Source: Candidatus Parcubacteria bacterium | Lineage (GTDB): Bacteria > Patescibacteriota > Minisyncoccia > Phycocordibacterales > JAACPR01 | DNA: 64,000 nucleotides | Assembly: GCA_039805545.1 (NCBI GenBank) | Contig: JBDLUA010000007.1 | Location: 1,252-65,251, forward strand | Direction: 5' to 3' | Shown: piece after piece, positions 59,704 through 64,000 of the stretch | How positions within the stretch are numbered: position 1 is the first letter of the stretch | How the letters are laid out: each line of letters begins with the position of its first letter | Made by a program: the position numbers and the translations under genes | Notes under the pieces: generated by a model | What the model was told of the DNA's origin: nothing | What the model saw: only the letters and a program-made list of their open reading frames with translations | The model's database searches: none

Positions 59704-59757
59704 TACTTTACTTATAGTACGTAGTGGACTCGTTTAAAGTAACGTAAAAGCTTAAAC

Positions 59758-59785
59758 AAAAACCACCCGAAAGGGTGGTTTTTGT
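59758..59785. terminator. Intrinsic terminator CCACCCgaaaGGGTGG + T-tract
   Basis: Hairpin plus TTTTTG after the surface protein gene. Confidence 0.65.
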
Positions 59786-59852
59786 TATGTGTTCCAGGGT
59801 TAAACTGCGACAATTTCTTTATAAAGATTTGAGTGCGGGTAAGTATATTTAA

Positions 59853-60227
59853 ATGATGGAAAGGGATTTTGATGATTGGAATGAAGTTAAAAAGAAAGTA
59901 GAGAGAAATAAAAGAATCGAAATACGAGAAGGGAGTGTTTGGATGTGTAGTTTTGGATTAAATATTGGGTATGAGATAAATGGAAAACATAAACAATATG
60001 AAAGACCTGCACTCATTATTAAGTCTTTTGGTGTTGGTGGTGGTATAGTTTTACCACTAACTTCAAAAGATAAAAAAGGAAAATATGTTGTACCTTTAAA
60101 TGATATAAGTAATATAAATTTGACTCAAATACGATATTTGGATTCGAAGCGCTTTAGAAGATTTCTTTTTGAAATAAAGAATGCTTATTTGAACGAGATC
60201 AAGAATAAATTTAAAGATATCTTATAA
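59853..60227 (+). CDS. MazF/PemK-family toxin-like endoribonuclease (no adjacent antitoxin seen)
   Basis: GKHKQYERPALIIKS, IVLPLTSKDKKGKYVVPL, and LTQIRYLDSKRFRR align to MazF blocks GHRPAVVLS, CVPCTTQSKGYPFEV and SIAWRAR. Confidence 0.6.
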   Translation: MMERDFDDWNEVKKKVERNKRIEIREGSVWMCSFGLNIGYEINGKHKQYERPALIIKSFGVGGGIVLPLTSKDKKGKYVVPLNDISNINLTQIRYLDSKRFRRFLFEIKNAYLNEIKNKFKDIL

Positions 60228-60360
60228 AAACGAAATCTCTACAGAACATGTAGAGATTTCTCGGTGGGCCAAAAGGCCATTCATATGTTCAGTATATCGA
60301 CTGGTTTGAAGAAGTCAATATATTGTAAATATTTTTTTATTACTTTTTCTTTATAAAGAT

Positions 60361-61494
60361 ATGAACATAGGTATGTATAGTGTCTGTATGTCTATTAAAA
60401 AGTTTTTAATCATTACATTTATTATCTGTTTGTGTATTCCACTTATTAGTCACGCTCAAATTAAAATTATTGAGTTAATGTATAACCCGGAAGGTTCAGA
60501 TACCAAGAGGGAATGGATAGAGATTTACAATGTTGGGAATAGTTTTGTCGATCTGAATTCATATTATATTTTTGAAAATAACATCTACCATAAATTAGTT
60601 GCGCAAAGTCAATCAATTTTAAATCCTGGAGAGTATGCAATTATTGTAGATTCATTTGCAGAAGTTCTTGCAGATTACAAAGATTATTTTGGAAAAATTT
60701 TTGATAGTACTTTTTCTTTAAGTAATACAGGAGAAACAATCTCTATTGCAGATAATTCAAAACAAATTATAGATACGATTACATATGAGAGTACTATGGG
60801 TGCAGATGATGATGGAGCGTCTCTTCAGATGATCGACGGGACATTACAAACTTCCAAACCTACTTTTGGTGCTGTGAATGTGCTCGATCCTATTGTTTCT
60901 GATACTGATGATGCTTCTGATGTAAGTACTTCAACCGATACGAGTGGAGGTACGTCGTCCGGGGTATCTTCTCATATTGAACAAGAACCAGTAGTTTCTT
61001 ATAGCCCGACACCAAGTTTTAAGATTGGTGTCGGCCGCAAACGTACAGTATGTATAAACACTCCTTTAGAATTTGAAATTCAGGTATCAAGGGCTGATGT
61101 GCGTCCAAGGATTATATGGAACTTCGGAGATTTTGAAACCGAAAAAGGCCGGAAAGTAGAGCATGTGTATGTATATGAAGGAACTTACGAAGTGTTAGCA
61201 GAGGGTTCTTTTGATGGACATACTTCGATATCGCGTACAGAGGTTGTGGCCATAGTTCCACAAATTTCTGTTATCCAGTCTTCGTCTACTATTTCTATTG
61301 CAAATAAAGGCAAAAGCGAGGTTAACCTTGGAGGATTCATTCTTAAATTTAAAGATGAAACAAAATATATAATTCCAAAGAATACTATTATTAAGGCTGG
61401 AGCAGTTGTATATAAGGATTTAGATTTTGGACAAGTTATTGCTGAACTTGTGTATCCAAATGGTGTAATCTACGAGAGGTTTGATACAATATAA
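60361..61494 (+). CDS. Secreted lamin-tail-domain (LTD) containing protein
   Basis: Signal peptide. IIELMYNPEGSDTKREWIEIYNVGNSFVDL matches the LTD consensus. A second LTD-like segment sits near the C-terminus. Confidence 0.5.
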   Translation: MNIGMYSVCMSIKKFLIITFIICLCIPLISHAQIKIIELMYNPEGSDTKREWIEIYNVGNSFVDLNSYYIFENNIYHKLVAQSQSILNPGEYAIIVDSFAEVLADYKDYFGKIFDSTFSLSNTGETISIADNSKQIIDTITYESTMGADDDGASLQMIDGTLQTSKPTFGAVNVLDPIVSDTDDASDVSTSTDTSGGTSSGVSSHIEQEPVVSYSPTPSFKIGVGRKRTVCINTPLEFEIQVSRADVRPRIIWNFGDFETEKGRKVEHVYVYEGTYEVLAEGSFDGHTSISRTEVVAIVPQISVIQSSSTISIANKGKSEVNLGGFILKFKDETKYIIPKNTIIKAGAVVYKDLDFGQVIAELVYPNGVIYERFDTI

Positions 61495-61541
61495 GAGTGA
61501 TTTAATATCACTCTTTATTACTGGTAATCCTTTTAGATTTT

Positions 61542-62150
61542 ATGGAAGCATTAGAGAAATTATTCGGAAGCTCAGCACGAGTTAAAACATTAAAATTCTT
61601 TTTATTTAATACGGGAGAAATTTTTGAAAAGAACACTATTGCATCAAGAACAAAAATTTCTTCTTCAAATTTACAAAAAGAGTTAAATTTACTTGAAAAA
61701 ATTGGTTTAATAAAAAAGAAGAACTTTTTTATTGTTAAAGAAAACAGAGGAGGCAAAATACAAAAGATAAAAACAAAAGGATATGAAACAGTACTAGAGC
61801 ATAAACTCTTTACTTCACTCCAAAATCTATTAGTGAAGAATAGTCCGATGTCATCTAATGCACTTATTCAAAAATTAAGTCGACACGGCAAACTTAAGTT
61901 GGTAATCGGGGCAGGAGTGTTTATTCAAGACCCAGATAGTAGAATTGATCTGTTGATTGTAGGGGATGACGTGAAAGAAAACACTCTTAAGAATACAATT
62001 GCAACCCTCGAATCTGAAATCGGTAAACAACTCCGATATACCGTATTAACTGTTCAAGACTTTAAATATCGTCTTGGGGTGTATGACCGTCTTGTGAGGG
62101 ATATTTTGGATTATCCACATCAAATATTCTTAGATAGGATAGGAGTTTAA
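61542..62150 (+). CDS. Hypothetical protein with N-terminal winged-helix-like segment
   Basis: IASRTKISSSNLQKELNLLEKIGLIKKK resembles a MarR/wHTH recognition region. Weak. Confidence 0.3.
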   Translation: MEALEKLFGSSARVKTLKFFLFNTGEIFEKNTIASRTKISSSNLQKELNLLEKIGLIKKKNFFIVKENRGGKIQKIKTKGYETVLEHKLFTSLQNLLVKNSPMSSNALIQKLSRHGKLKLVIGAGVFIQDPDSRIDLLIVGDDVKENTLKNTIATLESEIGKQLRYTVLTVQDFKYRLGVYDRLVRDILDYPHQIFLDRIGV

Positions 62151-62177
62151 ATATTGATATAATAGGAATAGGTGTAT

Positions 62178-62223
62178 TAGGCGGGGTTAAACCCTTTCAT
62201 CTGAAAGGGTTTAACCCCGCCTA
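62178..62223. promoter_or_regulatory. Perfect 46-bp palindrome TAGGCGGGGTTAAACCCTTTCAtcTGAAAGGGTTTAACCCCGCCTA
   Basis: Exact inverted repeat with the same GGTTAAACC core as 29822-29854. Located between two co-directional genes, so it could be a terminator or an operator. Confidence 0.45.
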
Positions 62224-62263
62224 GCCCAATTAATAGGTTTTAATAATTTAATTAAATAAATAT

Positions 62264-62947
62264 ATGGCATTTGAAAGTCTGAAAATGGCACTTGCTGATG
62301 CGTTCGGCAGTTTGCTTGGTGGGGTTGTAAACTTTATTCCAAAACTTATCGTTGCAATTATAGTTGTAATACTTGCATGGGTATTTGGAGTGGCATTATC
62401 AAAACTTATCAATCAAATTTTTAAAGCTCTCAAAATTGATACTGCACTTGAAGCAGCTGGAGCAAAACAACTTGTTCACAAAGCAGGTTTTAACCTCAAC
62501 TCAGGTTTGTTTGTTGGAGAACTTGTAAAATACTTTGTTGTAGTTGTTTCATTCATGGCTGTGTTCAGTATACTTGGACTTAGTGATGTAAATCTATTCC
62601 TTCAAGGGATTGTAATCGGTTACTTACCACAAGTAATTGTTGCTGTTCTTATTCTTGTTGTTGCTATTGTGCTTTCAGAGGTTATGCGAAAGGTTGTTGT
62701 TGCAGCAGCAAAGGCAGCCGGAGTACACAAGGCAGGACTTCTTGGATCAATCACTAAGTGGTCAATTTGGATCTTTGCTATTCTTGCGGCATTGTTCCAA
62801 CTTAATATTGCAGCTACATTTATTCAAACACTCTTTACAGGAGTTGTAGTAGCATTCTCAGTAGCACTTGGTCTTGCATTTGGACTTGGAGCAAAGGATA
62901 CTGCAAAAGAAATCGTTGAAGATATTCGAGCAGAAATCAAGCGATAA
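62264..62947 (+). CDS. Polytopic membrane protein with internally duplicated 'conserved TM helix'-like repeats
   Basis: Two similar halves (FIPKLIVAIIVVILAWVFGVALSKLINQIFKALKID / YLPQVIVAVLILVVAIVLSEVMRKVVVAAAKAAGVHKA). Confidence 0.4.
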   Translation: MAFESLKMALADAFGSLLGGVVNFIPKLIVAIIVVILAWVFGVALSKLINQIFKALKIDTALEAAGAKQLVHKAGFNLNSGLFVGELVKYFVVVVSFMAVFSILGLSDVNLFLQGIVIGYLPQVIVAVLILVVAIVLSEVMRKVVVAAAKAAGVHKAGLLGSITKWSIWIFAILAALFQLNIAATFIQTLFTGVVVAFSVALGLAFGLGAKDTAKEIVEDIRAEIKR

Positions 62948-62954
62948 TCTCAAA

Positions 62955-63095
62955 TACGCCATCCTCGATCCTAATTACGTCATCCTCGCGAAGGCGAGGA
63001 TCCAGGACTGCAAAAGGCAAACCCGAAGGGTTTGCCTTTTGCTTTTATTTTGAAAATTAAACTAGATCCCCGCCTTCGCGGGGATGACGTGCTAA
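62955..63095. repeat. MITE-like GC-rich hairpin repeat, copy 5 (with internal AAAAGGCAAACCCgaaGGGTTTGCCTTTTGC hairpin)
   Basis: Same architecture as copy 2, ending GGGGATGACGTGCTAATG. Confidence 0.6.
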
Positions 63096-63152
63096 TGAAC
63101 TTTTTCTTTTTTAAATTCATCCCTTTTTATAAAGGGGTCTTTTCGTGCTTCG

Positions 63153-63225
63153 AGACCCAAAATATGTCTAAAATGCATCAGTCAGAACGGGCATTTTCAG
63201 ACATATTTTGGGTCGCAAAGAAAAG
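63153..63225. other. Very long hairpin (23-bp stem with one bulge) upstream of the rRNA promoter
   Basis: GACCCAAAATATGTCTAAAATGC-14nt loop-GCATTTTCAGACATATTTTGGGTC. Confidence 0.5.
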
Positions 63226-63238
63226 GGGGTTTTCACTG

Positions 63239-63266
63239 TTGACATTATTTTGAATCTGACTATAAT
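63239..63266 (+). promoter_or_regulatory. Consensus sigma70-type promoter TTGACA-16nt-TATAAT, presumed 23S rRNA promoter
   Basis: Exact -35 and -10 hexamers about 240 nt upstream of the 23S 5' end. Confidence 0.6.
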
Positions 63267-63507
63267 AGCACTTACACGATGTTGAATTATTTAAAAAAGA
63301 ACTGTAAGACGGTCTAAAAAAGAGGGTTTTAAACTCACTTCAAAAGACTGCCACCGCAGTCTTTTTTGAAAAAATAAACTCGTGAGTTCGTTGACAATAA
63401 AATATGTGAATTAAGAGTCAAAGTAGTCAATTAATTTTCACGAGAAAATTTGAGACAAGTTAGATAAAAGCTAAGAAAAAAGTTATGTGGTGGTTTTAAG
63501 ATTTCCT

Positions 63508-64000
63508 AATAGGAAATTAAGAGCATATAGTGGATGCCTTGGCTTCTAGAGACGATGAAAGACGTGGTATGGCTGCGATAAGCTTCGGGGAGGTGCCTAA
63601 CAACCTTCGATCCGGAGATGTCTGAATGGGGTAACCCAGCTGAGCAAACCTCAGTTACCCAATCTTGTAAAGAGAGCGGGAGTGAACCTTGGGAAGTGAA
63701 ACATCTCAGTACCAAGAGGAAAAGAAAAAAAGTTCCGTAAGGAAAAGATTTCCTGAGTAGCGGCGAGCGAAATGGAATAAGCCCAAACCGTATGTATTCG
63801 TATATACGGGGTTGTAAGACGATAAGACTCCAGTACTCTATTTCCTACTTCCAGCAATGGAAATAGGGATAAAGTACTGGATAATGGTTACAAATTGATT
63901 AGCTAGTGGAACTTTCTGGAAAGAAAGACCCTAGAGGGTAATAGTCCCGTACGCGAAAGCGAATCAACCATTTTTATTGTTCTTGAGTAGCTCAGGACAT
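63508..64000 (+). rRNA. rrl: 23S ribosomal RNA, 5' portion (continues beyond window)
   Basis: GGATGCCTTGGC, GAAACATCTCAGTACC, and GAGTAGCGGCGAGCGAAA are universally conserved 23S domain I blocks. Confidence 0.9.

Noticed and set aside
59700-60360. Upstream antitoxin for the MazF-like gene
   Set aside because: No ORF of plausible size with a start codon lies between the preceding gene's terminator and the toxin start, or immediately downstream. Cannot be supported from sequence.
3061-63095. CRISPR array interpretation of the recurring GC-rich repeats
   Set aside because: Copies are tens of kb apart, have inverted-repeat/hairpin architecture and variable internal sequence, and lack regularly spaced unique spacers. 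They are MITE/REP-like, not CRISPR.
1-64000. Possibility of an alternative genetic code (UGA recoding as in some candidate phyla)
   Set aside because: Standard-code ORFs are long and contiguous (up to 1161 aa), genes terminate at TAA/TAG with appropriate spacing, and conserved proteins align full-length without needing TGA read-through.

Overview
This is an AT-rich (roughly 35% GC) bacterial chromosomal segment, densely packed with mostly short housekeeping genes. It reads with the standard genetic code: long ORFs end in TAA/TAG and show no sign of in-frame TGA read-through. The gene content and style suggest a reduced-genome lineage, possibly CPR/Patescibacteria-like, but this is inference only. 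Supporting features are four aminoacyl-tRNA synthetases (ArgS, IleS, GlyRS, MetRS), seven scattered tRNA genes, and a 23S rRNA gene (from ~63.5 kb, running off the window) preceded by protein-coding genes, a repeat and its own consensus promoter rather than a 16S gene. Lamin-tail-domain and SIMPL proteins, a PilMNO-like cluster and GC-rich hairpin terminators also fit.

Core content:
- polA (5'-truncated), holA-like, mutM, ruvA, ruvX, recO, recA, ftsK.
- rpsT, rplS, rplK, rpsF-ssb-rpsR, secE-nusG, efp, pyrG, folD.
- A complete thymidylate/dNTP locus on two divergent operons: dcd, folA-like and thyA-like on the minus strand; dCMP deaminase, glyA, tmk and dut on the plus strand.

Observations I think most deserve follow-up:
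1. The ThyA-family enzyme carries Asp at the position of the dUMP-discriminating Asn (E. coli N177 / L. casei N229). That is the residue state of dCMP hydroxymethylases/methylases, and the gene sits next to a dCMP deaminase.
2. The IleS gene contains an in-frame ~190-aa histidine-phosphatase (PGAM-like, RHG motif) domain inserted in the catalytic core.
3. A family of GC-rich hairpin MITE-like repeats (5 copies) with compensatory stem changes. These repeats spawn spurious ORFs carrying PAFAGMT/PRLRGDD peptides.
4. Three near-perfect GC-rich palindromes with a GGTTTAAACC-type core sit in 5' regions, one of them between the divergent thyA and dCMP-deaminase operons.
5. A promoter-to-terminator GC-rich ~200 nt segment upstream of rplS is a candidate ncRNA. 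Separately, two related structured blocks follow tRNA-Arg and tRNA-His.
6. A 912-aa VirB4/HerA-like P-loop ATPase lies immediately after tRNA-His, followed by secreted and membrane proteins.

I saw no CRISPR array, integrase or phage structural genes.
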